A stretch of DNA of 63,546 nucleotides, counting the filler, from Guillardia theta CCMP2712 (taxonomy: Eukaryota; Protista; Cryptophyta), in assembly GCF_000315625.1 (NCBI RefSeq). It is 4 parts of 4 records of this genome, joined end to end, with 100 filler letters (N's around TTAATTAATTAA, not from the genome) between each part and the next. Parts side by side here need not be neighbours in the genome. Positions count along the whole stretch, not along the records: positions 26,267 to 36,559 come from NW_005434638.1; positions 36,660 to 59,128 come from NW_005434617.1; 2 more parts are not named here. One strand, written 5' to 3'. Positions 30,173-42,408 of this stretch are shown here, piece after piece. Made by a program: the position numbers and the translations under genes. Position 1 is the stretch's first letter, and each line of letters begins with the position of its first letter. The notes beneath the pieces are model-generated. The model did not search any database and was not told where the DNA came from. It worked only from the letters and a program-made list of their open reading frames with translations.

Positions 30173-30469
30173 CTTCTGACGTTCTTGTCGTTCGGACTCT
30201 GACTCTTCTCTCATTTCTGACTAACAGTGTTGATAAAGGCCCTTGTCCGTGCCTTGGATTCTTCCTTGCTCCCACCTCCCTCCCAGCCATCCTCACCCTC
30301 TCCTTCCCCTATCTCCTTCTCCTCTCCCTCTCCTTCTCTCCCTCCCTCCCTTCCCCTCCTCTTTCTTCTTCCTTCCCTCTCCCTCTCGCGTTTTTCTCGT
30401 TTCCTCGCCTTCTGCCCATATTCGCTGACTCAGAGCCGTTACAGTAGCGTTACAATTCTGTAAACGTCG

Positions 30470-30529
30470 CCCGGCACTCAGTGACAGGCCCGGCCGTCAC
30501 CTGTCCGGGGCCCGTCACTGAGTGCCGGG
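30470..30529. repeat. GC-rich inverted repeat (16-bp perfect arms)
   Basis: CCCGGCACTCAGTGAC (30470-30485) pairs with GTCACTGAGTGCCGGG (30514-30529). Confidence 0.85.
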
Positions 30530-31813
30530 TCAGCGTGGGGAAGAGGGAACTCCATATCAATTTTTAACTTAACTTTGAGTAAACTTAAAAAAGATTGTAG
30601 GTCCGCCGGAGGCAGATTGGGCAGGAATGCACGTGCGGTTTTAAATCTACAACTATTTAATGTGATTTTAAAGCATCTGGTCCACGATCTTCTAGTACGG
30701 TACATGATCGGTACAACCACCTCCTGATACAGTAATACGGTACTATGTTGTGACCATGAGTTGCGCTTTTATTGATATTAAGTTATTTTATGTACTGTGT
30801 TCATACATGATTTTTGATCTCAGAACAAAAGTCCAATTTTACAATTATTCTATATTTTTAAAAATCAAGGTAAAAAACGAGAAGTGTACTGGGAGCGTTG
30901 AACCCCCCTTTTAAAAACACTATTAGAAATTTCAGGATGTCATGGAAAAGGTTTCAATTCCTTCTCTTAAAAATGCAATTTTTACAAGACTTTGGACCCT
31001 GTGCTACAAAAAGTTATCCCTGAGCAACCCTTGATTTGAACCCTGGGTGGGGTTAGTGGTTTGCTGGAGATAGGTAGGGTAGTTTTCGTATATCACTGCC
31101 ACCTTTCATGGGTGGGGGTGCTCAGAATTGAAGCCTGAAAATGGGGGGTAGGGGTCAACACACCGGATCCTCACGAGCGCGTGCGATGGCGAGAAACGGA
31201 GAAGAGAAGGGGGAGGAGGGAGAAGAAGGAGGAAGAGGAATGGAGAAGGAGGCTGTGTAGGTGATCTCAGGTAGAAGATTCATCGAAGAGAAGTTCGAGA
31301 TGTGAGAAGTAAATGTGAAGGGCTGACATGTTCGGGTTGGAAGGGGATTCTAACTTTTTCGAATCTCGTTGGAATTGTTCTGACAGGCGGGGGCCGATGG
31401 TTTAGTTGGGCAGACAGGGCTCGGATAGACTGTATCCATGTGGTAGAAGTGTGAAGTGAGTCGACATGGCTCGTAAGGACAGATGAGATTCAGATATGCG
31501 AGAAAGAATCCACTCAGCGTCGCAGTTGAGTTATACCAGAATGATGCATGCCGTACGAGAGAGAAAGAAGAATGTTCGAATTGTTTGAAATGTCAAATCC
31601 TTGCACCCACTCAGTTGGAAACACTTCCAGTACTTCATCTCCTCTATGCCTTATTCTCAAAATCCTCCCCAACTTTCCAGTGGATATTACGTCCCTTCAC
31701 ACTGCGATTTCTGACATTTGGTTGTTGATAGTTGTCACCTGCAAGTTATTGAGATCCTTCACAGTCTGCCGTCAGAAGTCTCCCAACCACTGGACAAGTC
31801 ATAGACAGGAGCC

Positions 31814-33277
31814 ATGGGGAAGAAAGACAAGAGCGAGAAGAGCGAGAAGAAGAAAGAGTCGCTCGACTACACTATCAAGCCCGAGGATGTCACCCCGAAG
31901 ATCGACACCTCTAACTGGCCTCTGCTCCTCAAGAACTATGACAAGCTCAACATCCGCACTGGACATTACACGCCCATCCCCAACGGATGCTCTCCACTGA
32001 AGCGTCCGATCTTGGAGTATGTCAGGTATGGAGTCATCAATCTCGACAAGCCAGCAAACCCTTCCTCGCACGAGGTGGTCGCTTGGATTCGCAGGATTCT
32101 TCGTGTGGACAAGACAGGTCACAGTGGAACTTTGGATCCCAAGGTTACTGGCTGCCTCATCGTGTGCGTTGAGAGAGCCACGAGGTTGGTCAAGTCGCAG
32201 CAGGGAGCAGGAAAGGAGTACGTCTCCATTGCTCGCCTCCACGGCGCCATTGAGAGTGAGAACAAGTTCGCCAAGGCATTGGAGAAGCTGAAAGGAGCTA
32301 TCTTCCAGAGGCCGCCTCTCATCTCTGCCGTCAAGAGGCAGCTGCGTATCAGGACCATCTACGAGAGCAAGATGATCGAATTCGACAAGGAGCGCAACCT
32401 GGGGGTGTTCTGGATCAGCTGTGAGGCTGGAACGTACGTAAGGACCATGTGCGTTCATATCGGTCTGCTCCTTGGAGTGGGTGGCCACATGCAGGAGCTC
32501 CGTCGTGTTCGCTCTGGAGCCCTGACTGAGCACGACAACCTGATGACGATGCACGATGTGCTCGATGCCCAGTGGATGTACGACACGTACAAGGACGAGT
32601 CGTACCTTCGCCGCGTGATCCTTCCGCTCGAGAGGCTGCTCACTGGCTACAAGAGGGTTGTTGTGAAGGACAGCGCGGTGAACGCCATCTGCTACGGCGC
32701 AAAGTTGATGATCCCTGGTCTGCTGAGGTTCGAGGACGGGATCGAGATCGGGACTGAAATCGTCATGATCACCACAAAGGGCGAAGCTATCTGCCTCGGC
32801 ATCGCTCAGATGACCACCGCTGTGATGGCCACCTGCGACCATGGCGTCGTCGCCAAGATCAAGCGCGTGATCATGGAAAGGGACACGTACCCGAGGAGGT
32901 GGGGCCTGGGCCCTCAGGCGAAAGCGAAGAAGCAGATGATCATTGATGGCAAGCTCGACAAGTACGGCCGCCCCAACGCCAACACCCCGTCCAACTGGCA
33001 GAACCTGTACAAGGATCTGTCGGGCAACCAGAGCACTCCGGCCAAGGTTGAGAGTCAGAAGGAGGAAGAACCAGCTTCCAAGAAGAGGAAGAAGGAGCGA
33101 GAAAATAGCGACACAGACGAAGACGTGAAAAAGGTACGCTTGTTGTCTGCATTGCCTGCCGGGTCGTTGATTCTTTGGCAGGAGAAGAAGAAGGAGAAGA
33201 AAGAAAAGAAGGAAGAGAAGAAGGAGAAGAAAGACAAGAAGAAGAAAAAGAAGGATTCTGATTCTGAGTCAGATTAA
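31814..33277 (+). CDS. CBF5: H/ACA snoRNP pseudouridine synthase Cbf5/dyskerin
   Basis: [41 protein letters not shown] domain and KKE tail. Probable in-frame intron at 33134-33181. Confidence 0.99.
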   Translation: MGKKDKSEKSEKKKESLDYTIKPEDVTPKIDTSNWPLLLKNYDKLNIRTGHYTPIPNGCSPLKRPILEYVRYGVINLDKPANPSSHEVVAWIRRILRVDKTGHSGTLDPKVTGCLIVCVERATRLVKSQQGAGKEYVSIARLHGAIESENKFAKALEKLKGAIFQRPPLISAVKRQLRIRTIYESKMIEFDKERNLGVFWISCEAGTYVRTMCVHIGLLLGVGGHMQELRRVRSGALTEHDNLMTMHDVLDAQWMYDTYKDESYLRRVILPLERLLTGYKRVVVKDSAVNAICYGAKLMIPGLLRFEDGIEIGTEIVMITTKGEAICLGIAQMTTAVMATCDHGVVAKIKRVIMERDTYPRRWGLGPQAKAKKQMIIDGKLDKYGRPNANTPSNWQNLYKDLSGNQSTPAKVESQKEEEPASKKRKKERENSDTDEDVKKVRLLSALPAGSLILWQEKKKEKKEKKEEKKEKKDKKKKKKDSDSESD

Positions 33278-35015
33278 GCTCCAACCTCCTTCTCAAGAGT
33301 TTTGATGCTTTTTGTCTTCCTGGCATCTTACCTAGTCAATCGTGTGCGTGGTGTTGTCTTGCCGTCGCGATGATGTACTTTATCCTCTGCTCCGTGAGTG
33401 TGTTTGGTCGGAGATATTCCTCCGAGCACCCGTCTATAGCACTCCCAGACTATGCTGTATGTGCGATGGTGCTGCTTCATAGTACTGCAGTACTTGTCGT
33501 ACAAAAGCTGATATTTTAAGTGAAAGAAAGTATTCTTTCAGATCTCAACTTGTGTATTCTAATCAACTCAGACCCCTGTTATCGAAACCTGAAGCATCTC
33601 CTCCATTCAGTCTGCAATCAATGAAAAGGCTACGGTGAAATCCAACTACTCAAAGTTCATTTAAAAAATCAGTACAAAAATGATCAGGAGAGTAGAGGAG
33701 GGTGAAGGTATCAATTTAGTTTGAGGGACAGCAATCGGCAGGATGAGGGTTGAACGGTTCAAGAGTCGGACGGCCTCACTGTCTTTCCTCTTCTCGCCGT
33801 ACTAGTGGCCGTGGCCTGTGCGACAGTGTCAGGGTCAAGCCTCCTCGACTCGAATCTCCTCGCTGTCAGTGTGACAGTCACGGTCCTCGTACTGCTTTTT
33901 AACTGAACTGGAAGACTTTGAGTAACTTAAAGAGGAGGCTGACCCGGCTCAGCCGGGCCGCCGGGCGGCCCGGGCCCCCGACAATATCGGCCCGTGACAG
34001 GCAGCCTCCGATAGACCGTACACTGACTGACACGTAAACTCGTTGCCAGTCAGGGCCGCCGGGCTCATCGCCTGACTGCCGCCACCGGGTCCTTTTGCGG
34101 TCGTGACCAGGGGTACCTGAGACTTGCGGGGGGCGGAAGGGAGAGTCGGAAGGTAGAGGAAGTTAGAGGACCCGGTCGTGCGACCGTAGGACATCACTCC
34201 TTGACAAACGAGAGGGTGCCGGGGGGTTACCTTAACCAACCTCTGAAGGCCTCGGAGCCACGGTGATCTGGGGGGTGGTTGGTGGCCTTGCCAAGGGTAG
34301 GGGTGGTCATCGGAGTCAGGGAGAGGGGTGGGGGTTACACGTTTCGATGAGGAGGGGGTTGCTGATGGAGGCCGACACCGGGGGGCGCAACTAGTCCTTG
34401 TATTGTTGGCTGATTGTAATTTGACAAACTATTTCAAACTATGGGGATGATTTTCAATTATTTGATAAGTGCTGAAGGGCTAGATTGTGAAACTTCCGAT
34501 CATAGGAACTTTAATATCAGATAAATATTTCATAAATAAGTTTATTTTTGAAATATTTACATATTTTTGATACTTAATTTTCAAAAATAGCCATATTATT
34601 CAGTATTCATTGAATACTAAATCTCAAATAAAATTGTATTTTGAGTTTCAAATATCATTCGAACAGCTTCAGAGCTTTTTTTTGCACTAGATTCACTTTA
34701 ATACTTATTTTTTGTTTTACGACCCCCCTAAACAGGCTGACCCCACCCCCCGCTTTATACCTTCGTTCTAGTAAGTATCTGTACCCCTTGTCCCCTTAAC
34801 CCCTGTCACTCAGCCTGAAATGTACCCCTTCTTCACCCCCAAGAGAGAGAGTTTACTTCACCCCTAACCCCCATAGCGACCCTTGTCACCCCTACCCCTA
34901 AATGACCAGCGATTCACCCCACCTTTCTCCCCGGCCTCTGAAACAACAGTGAAGCAAACTACTCCTTCTACTGACTACCCCCCACATTCCCCACAATGAC
35001 CCCCCATCCCAAGAC

Positions 35016-35023
35016 TATAAAAA
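35016..35023 (+). promoter_or_regulatory. TATA box
   Basis: TATAAAAA about 45 bp upstream of the ATG at 35064. Confidence 0.5.
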
Positions 35024-35063
35024 CACTTTCTTTGCTCTATCCGATAAACCCAACACGAAAACT

Positions 35064-35476
35064 ATGCCGCGCCCCAACGCAACCCTCCTCGCCGCCGCCG
35101 CTGCCGCTGCCATCACAGCAGGAGCCTGGGTCTCTGCCAATGCTGTAAAGAAAGGTAAGTTGCTAAACCTGCTCGACCTCGTGTGTTGCTTCTCTGCCGC
35201 TGGTCTACCGTTGGGTTCTCTTTCGTTCCTCGTCGCGAAACCGTTTTTGTTGTTCTGCAATCTGCAGGGTTGATGTCTGCCCTCTGCTTTGCTCGTGTGC
35301 GTTTTTCTTTCATTTGGTTGCAACCTGAAACTTCTGAATGATCTTGTTGCAATCTTGAACATGTCTTGCCCACCTGTTGAAATGCTTTCGCTCGAACTGC
35401 TCTTAACTTCTGTCTTGGTGTGACAGACATGGACGAGGCTTCTTCCCAGGCTGAGTCAACAGTGTACATGTGGTGA
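35064..35476 (+). CDS. Putative 46-aa single-pass microprotein (2 exons)
   Basis: Exons 35064-35154 and 35427-35476 joined by a phase-1 GTAAGT..TGACAG intron give MPRPNATLLAAAAAAAITAGAWVSANAVKKDMDEASSQAESTVYMW*. Confidence 0.55.
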
Positions 35477-35649
35477 GAGAAATCGTCTTCACTCCGTGCT
35501 CGTACATGAAACCTGATCTAGGGTTTGAATGACCTCATAGCCTGTCCTGTAATGTGTTCCGTCTTGTAAATAGAACCGAATTCTTGTTTTGTATTGCTAC
35601 TGTACAGAATACACACGCACACAAATCTGCATTGGCGAATGTCCAGCGA

Positions 35650-36559
35650 TCACAACTGTTGCCTGATGGAGTGGAAGGAGTTTGCCAGTTGACTCTCCTC
35701 CACATCCCAAATCATCCTCAGCAGGGCCTCGTAGTCGTTGACATACCTTTTCCTCTCGTCAGCAACCCCTCTTGCCCTTGCATGCTTGTCACCTTGCAAG
35801 GTCGAAGAGAGGAGACGTCTCTCGCTCTCGAGCTAGCCGCTCCCTGATATCCAACAGTATCCTCCTCCCTCGTCCTCCAGCTGCTGCCTGTAGGGCTAAG
35901 TCAGGGGGAGGGAGGGAAGGATGGATTGATGGATGGAGGGAAGGACGGGTAAATGCAGGGAGGGAGGGAGGGAATGGGGGAGGGCGAAGTGCGAAGGGAA
36001 GCAGGTTGAGGTCAAGGGAGGAAGAGGGAAAGAGGCAGGAATGGTGTACCTGGGCGATGCTGATGTAGTCTTGCTCGTTCCTCGCAAGCAGTGGACCTGA
36101 TGGAGGGATCAGGAGCAGCAGGAGGAGCAGGAGAAACTCACAGCTGGCTGAGTGGAGGACAAGAGCAGAGCCGATTCTCTGCCCGATCCTCTCGAAAGGA
36201 AGAGACACTGTGGGGAAGGTGAGGAGGAACGGGGAGGACGAGGAAGAAGATTTGAGGCAAGAGGAAGGGGAAGATCGGAGTAGTTGCACTAGGGTGCGAA
36301 GGATAAGGAAACGAGGATGAAGCGGTGAAAGAGGGGGAGGAGTGGGGAGGGAAAGGAGGAGGACAAGGGAGGGTGAGGAGAGAGGAGGACAAGGAAGAGA
36401 GGGGAGGGAGAGGAGAGAGGAGGATTGGAACTCACAGACTGGAATGCCTGCCCAGAGCACTTGCGATGTTGTGCCGTGACCATGAAAGGCGAATGAGTCG
36501 AGGTAGAGGTCAGTCAAGGCCGACTTGACTTGTAGGTGCTCCTCCTGCACAGCAAGGTA
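35650..36559 (-). CDS. O-GlcNAc transferase/SPINDLY-like (GT41) C-terminal exons
   Basis: EHL..DLYLDSFAFHGHGTTSQVLWAGIP, ERIGQRIGSALV, LLARNEQDYISIA and RERLARERETSPLFD. The 5' part is in the gap. Confidence 0.85.
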
Positions 36560-36659
36560 NNNNNNNNNNNNNNNNNNNNNNNNNNNNNNNNNNNNNNNNN
36601 NNNTTAATTAATTAANNNNNNNNNNNNNNNNNNNNNNNNNNNNNNNNNNNNNNNNNNNN

Positions 36660-37441
36660 TCCCTCCCTCCCTCCCTCCCTCCCTCCTACTCCCTGCCTCT
36701 TGCTCCACTGCCCCTCGTCCCTTCCTCCCCGACTCCTCAGTTCGCCGCCCCCACCTGCAGGATGAGGATCTGCTTCTCCACTTGGCTCACGCCCAGCTTC
36801 TCCCTTCTGCACCTCCCTTGTCACCAACTCCCTCCTGCCCCCCCCCCACCACCACCAGCTCCCCACCTGCTGACTTCGAGGACGACGGCGTTGGAAGGCA
36901 GCGGCGGTACCTCCATGTCTTCACCTCTGCTCGACGCCCGCAGGGTCAACGACGGCACTACGACCCGGAGGTAGAGGAGGAGGAAAGCGAGAGGAAAGTC
37001 CAGCAGGGGGCCAAGGCTCTGCGCTCCCCAACCACACGCAGAGTCAGGCGACACGGCAGAGCAGCTGGGAGGGCAGGTGGGACCTTCATGCTGCCCAGGT
37101 TGCTCCAGGCCGATGTGCTCAACCCTGTCGCGGACCTGCGAGGTGATCACCGAAATTCGCCACCTCGGCACGCAATTCCTCCTGCTCCTCCTCATCATCA
37201 TCATCATTATCATCATCATTATCATCATCATCCTCCTCCTCCATCATCTTCTCCACAACCACAACCACCATCTCTACCGTTTCCTCTCACTCACATGCGG
37301 CGAAGTTCCCTCAGAAATGGTTCGAGATGAAGGCAAGGCCATACGATCTCCGCGAGCAAAAGCAGCAGCTTAAAAATTCAGCATAAGAAGACAGTAAGTA
37401 GGAAAGACGTAATGAGGAGCAGGAACAGAAGAAACATGTGA

Positions 37442-37517
<76 letters not shown>

Positions 37518-40500
37518 TCATGGAGCTAAATTGAAGGAGGTGAGAGGGAGAGGAGGGTTCGCTCTTCACCGCGCCCAGCGGATGCTCCGAATCCACCGCA
37601 ATGATGACAGTCAGCACGGAAGCCACGACCAGTGCTCGACTGCCATGTGAATGTTAGCCGACTTCCTCGCTTCCATATGTAAAGGAGACGAGATGGGCAC
37701 GTGGGGGGAGGGGGGTTGATAGTATGAGTAGGATACTGTTATGGAGAAGGGAAGGGAAGAAATTGAGAGGGAGGAGAGGAGATGGGGAAGGGAAAACCAG
37801 GAGAGAGGAGAGGGAGAGCGGGAGTGCAGGATGGTGAGGGCGGTGGCGAGAAGGCTACGGACTGAAGAGGGGGAAGAAAGAGAGGAGGGAGCGAGAGGAG
37901 GGAGAGGAGCAGGGGGAGGGAAGAAGAAGTCAACTCACACGAATCTTTGGGAGAAGATTCTCTTGGCGTACTTCTCCCACTTGGTGTCGAGGATCTGCCG
38001 GCCCGTCATCCTCCTCCGACCCCCCGAGCCTCCGAGTCTTCGACCTTGTCCAGGGGGCCCTCGCTGATGATGTCCAACCTCTCGCTCTCCACCACCACCT
38101 GACGGCAGTCACAACAACCCAGAGGGTCAGGGCAAAGGATTCGAACTCTCGCTCTCCACCCTCTCCTCTCCTCTCCTCTCCTCTCCCCTCCCCTCCCCTC
38201 CCCTCCCCTCCCCTCCCCTCTCCTCTCCTCTCCTCTCCTCTCCTCTCCTCTCCTCTCCTCTCTCCCCCCGTTCTTCTGTCTTATCTACCCCATTCTCCAC
38301 TCCAGCCCTCAACATTTTCTCTCTCATCGACCTCCATTCCCCTCTTTCCGTTGCATGACCTTCCTTCTCCCTCGGTCCCTCCCCATCCTCCTCGTTTCCC
38401 TCTCATCCGCGTTTGCCTGAATGCCGTCGAACAAACACACTGAGGTGTCTCACCTCAATGACGCTCTTACTCATTTGTTCCCTCGTGTCAATCGGAATGT
38501 CAACTCTGCGAACATCATGACTTGACATGCATGTGTTGACAACATGAATAGCGTGGAGACGAGTACCATCCTCATCTCCAACTTCATCCTCGTCTCAATC
38601 ATCCTCATCTCCAACTTCATCCTCGTCTCAATCATCGCCTCCATCATCGTTTGTCGTCGTCATCATCATCATTTCCATCATCATCATCACCAACACTACC
38701 AACATCACCACCATCATCATTTCCATCATCATCATCACCAACACTACCAAGATCACCACCATCATCATTTCCATCATCATCATCACCAACACTACCAAGA
38801 TCACCACCATCATCATTTCCATCATCATCATCATGGTCTCCGACTCGCAGTCATCACCCGTGCAGATAAAGTCTCGAGCAGGTCACGGGCCCATACTGCC
38901 ACTCCTGGCGATGAGATCATCTCACAACATCTGCCTGGGACGCGGCAGCCACTCAACCTTCTTCATCAGCTTCTGGAAGAGATGGTCGAACATCTTGCGC
39001 GATCCCCTGCCGAAGTTTCACTCGAGCACGCAGCAAGACCTCCGCGCAAGTCAAAACTTTCAAGGCACGTGGCGTACACGCACTGATCGCACACAACAAG
39101 GCCTCCTGACAGGGGACACGTGACAGACTTGCTGTGACTCACCTTGCTGCGCAAAGGGTGAGAGGAGTGTATCCTTCCACATCCTGAGCGTCCCACATCT
39201 CTTCATAGATCCCCTAGTCTCCCACCATCACCATCCCCGAGCACAACCGCGTCCTCTCCCCACCTTCTCCATCATCAGCTTCTGGATATGGTCAAACATG
39301 TCTCTGCGACAGGCCGTCAGCTGTCATCGTCATTCCGCACCTTGACACGTCACCTGCACCACTCGCACGGATCGTCGTAATGACTCTCGAGCGCCGTGGC
39401 CTCGAAGATGTCGGAGTCGACATCCTGCTGAGGCCTAGCAGGAGATGACTGTCAAGTCGCCTCCGCGTGTTGCCCAGCAGGGGCCTTCTCTGTACCTGTG
39501 GACGCTGTGGAGGACAAGAAGGTGCAGGAGGTTTCGGTGGTTGCCAGTGAAGATGTCAAGTTTGGCTCCCTGTCATCGATGTGAGCAGGAGAGGATGTTG
39601 GGTGGGATGAGTGGAGGGGAAGGGAGGAGCTGGAGGAGTAGAAGAAGGACAAAGACATCATCTGGGAAATGACCAGCACCAGCATCAGCACCAGCACCAG
39701 CACCAGCACCAGCACCAGCACCAGAGAGGTAGAGGAGGTGGTCTTTCTTACACACTGCACGAGGTAGTCGAACGTGTCCTTCTGATTCGAGCACGCTGCA
39801 ACCATCATCATCATCATCGGCTGCCCTGACAGCAACCAACGACGTCACTGTCACCTGCAAACGCCAGCGGATACTCTCCGAAGTTGCAGCAACCATCGGA
39901 CTCTCTGCACACACCCGTCAAGTCAAACTCACCAACGCCATGGGAGGAGAGTCACCTCGGGTCTGAGAAGAACCTCCCCGTAGCTCTCTGCTCCAGTAGA
40001 ATCTTTCCCTCCTTCGGGCTCAAGAACTTCTGGATGACCTGGATCCCCAGCCTCTTCACGATCGCGATATGCAGCACGTTCTCCCCGTGATAGAGCTGCC
40101 CCTCGTAGATGGCGCATCGGAGGGCAGGGTATGTGTCCCACAGGTCAAAGATCATCTTCTTGTGCGCCTCTGAGCTGCAGTACAGGACAGCAAGGTGCAA
40201 CGGCGTCTCCCCCATCACCCCCCGCTCTTCTCCCACCTGCCAGAGCTGGTTGGACTTGGCGTTGGCGGCGACGAAACTCTGTTGCCCCTCCAGAGTGTCG
40301 GCGTAGCTGACTGCATGCCAGATGGTACCCTTCTCCAGCTTCTTCAGCACCTGCTTCGCATTTTGGGTGTTGGCGTCTGAATCGTGGCTGAGCTGCTTCC
40401 CGGCCATCGCCATGTCAGAAACTGACCAGGATCGGAGGAGAGAGAAGATCCTGCTGATATCTTTACCCAAGAGTCTCCGAACAGAGTTGACCGCTGCCGT

Positions 40501-41067
40501 CCCCTCTGATCAAATTCATAGCATCAGAGTCAATCGGTATGCACACAAAGATGACTGACCGTTCGCACAGTCCAGCGCCTGTGTATCCGCCGGGGAGAGC
40601 TGGGAAATAGAACCAGGAATGTTCGAGCTATCAGAGTTGTCTGCATCTTCCCGCTGGGATTGTGCTGGCTGCGACTCTATCCGAGTAGCGGTAGTGGCGA
40701 AGTAGATTGCGCTGAACCTGTCGTCTATGCTCTGAGACAACCTGCGCCCGCGATAGTGCTTCGGGGCCTTGAAGTCATGCAATGGCTCCTGCGAAGGATC
40801 AGAATGTTCTGTCTGTTGTTGATCGGACTCTGCTGGTGCTGCTGCAGTTGTGTCTGGCAGTGAAGGCGATGATGATGGGTCGTGTTCGACGTGCTCGATG
40901 TGCTCGGGAGCATTCGAGTCTGCCGGCAGAGGATTTTGTGGATGTGTCCTGTGAGGTTTCCTTGAGCAAGCTGCTGCAAGGACAGCAAGATCGGCTCACC
41001 TCTGAGACTTGCTGGCCTTAGACACGTTCTCTAGATCCGCCTCGAGCTTCCGTTTCGAGTGCGACAT
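36660..41067 (-). CDS. TRPV-like cation channel with ankyrin repeats, 3' end lost in gap
   Basis: MGETPLHLAVL, YHGENVLHIAIV, RATGRFF, NFGEYPLAFAACSNQ, EWQYGPVTCSRLYL and ILDTKWEKYA, then hydrophobic exons. Confidence 0.88.
38660..38833. repeat. (CAT)-based 48-bp higher-order intronic repeat
   Basis: About 3.5 copies of CATCATCATTTCCATCATCATCATCACCAACACTACCAAGATCACCAC. Confidence 0.85.
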
Positions 41068-42408
41068 GAGGCAGGAGGAGGGCGGAGGCTCAGAGTCCTA
41101 CCACGAAAGGTACTGAGCCGAATGATTCATACCCCACAGACAACTGCATGTGAGACGAACTTCCAGCAACATCCCAGCACAAACTTCATCGTTCATAGCA
41201 ACTCAGACTTCATCGTATCATCTTCATCCTCTGACCATCGCGTCGATCATCGCCTACTTTTACCTTTCACCACCAAGATGCTCCTGCCATTGCGGCTGCA
41301 ACCCTCATACAGCTATTAGAAGCTGTCACTAAAAGTAGTTCGAGAGCCTCCCCGGAGCATCCCGGGGCCCGGGCCGCCCGGCGGCAGGCTCCGATAGGCT
41401 CACAGAGCCTGTCAGCGGCTGCCTCCCAGGCAGTGGAGTCCGGGGTAGCGGCTGAGCCTCAGTACTAGTAGCTGAGTGCGGCCAGGCCGGGGGGCCCTAG
41501 GCACTGGCTTAGTTAGCCGGCGGGGCTGACTGCGGCAACCCGGCGGCGCTGGGAACTCGGAATGCCAGTACGGTGGGTGGCTCAGAGAAGAGTCTAATGC
41601 CACGGGCCTCCTTGATTTGTGTGGGCGGGGCGCCATTACGACATCCGATCATCGGACTGCAGTGCTGCCCCACGCCGCAAGGATTATGCCAACATGATGT
41701 GATACGCGGCGGTGGACTGAGGGGGCGGCCGCAGGGCGACTCAGTGGCACTGTGATGGAGGAGGCTCAGCATTGACTCAATGCTGAGGGTGGGGTCTACT
41801 CCAGGCAAGGGCAGAAGACCCCCAGGCGCCATGAGGGGGGGACGGAATACAAGTTTGTTAGACTTGTACTAGTCCAAAGTCACGCCGACATCACATCGAC
41901 CTTAGTTGTAACAAGACAGTTTTTGCTCAAGACCGAGTTTAATGCACACAAAATCAGAATTGAGGAGCACATGAGAGATAGACTGTATGCTAGGATGTGA
42001 AACCCAAGCATCCAGACATGAGAGGACCTTAGCAAGACGGCTAGGAAAGCCCCCTCTTCGTCCCACACGCTACATTGGCCGCCTCGCCACGTAAGTCGTC
42101 TTGGTTTACAGGAGAGTTTTTGTTAACTCGGCGCTATCTGACTGGCACGGCTGGCATACGTTCAAGGGCCATCTGAAGGACTGGTACAAATATCAATTAG
42201 AGCCGTGTCCATGATTAGTACCCGGCAGAAGGACAGCCCAGGCTTGATCGAGTATTAACTAAAGCTATAAGCAAACGTAACGGTTAAGTTACGCCGAACC
42301 CCGCGCTCTTGACAGGCTCAGTGATAGTACCGTTCATTTAAGTTACCAGTGACTCGGACTGCTGTGCTCAATGATACTAGAACTTGAATGATGGCCCAGT
42401 GCCGCATA

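Noticed and set aside
38544-39086. His-rich protein ORF
   Set aside because: It is the antisense reading of an intronic (CAT)n repeat in the TRPV gene.
35650-41067. TRPV-OGT fusion gene
   Set aside because: The two parts are separated by a gap of unknown size and both are incomplete.
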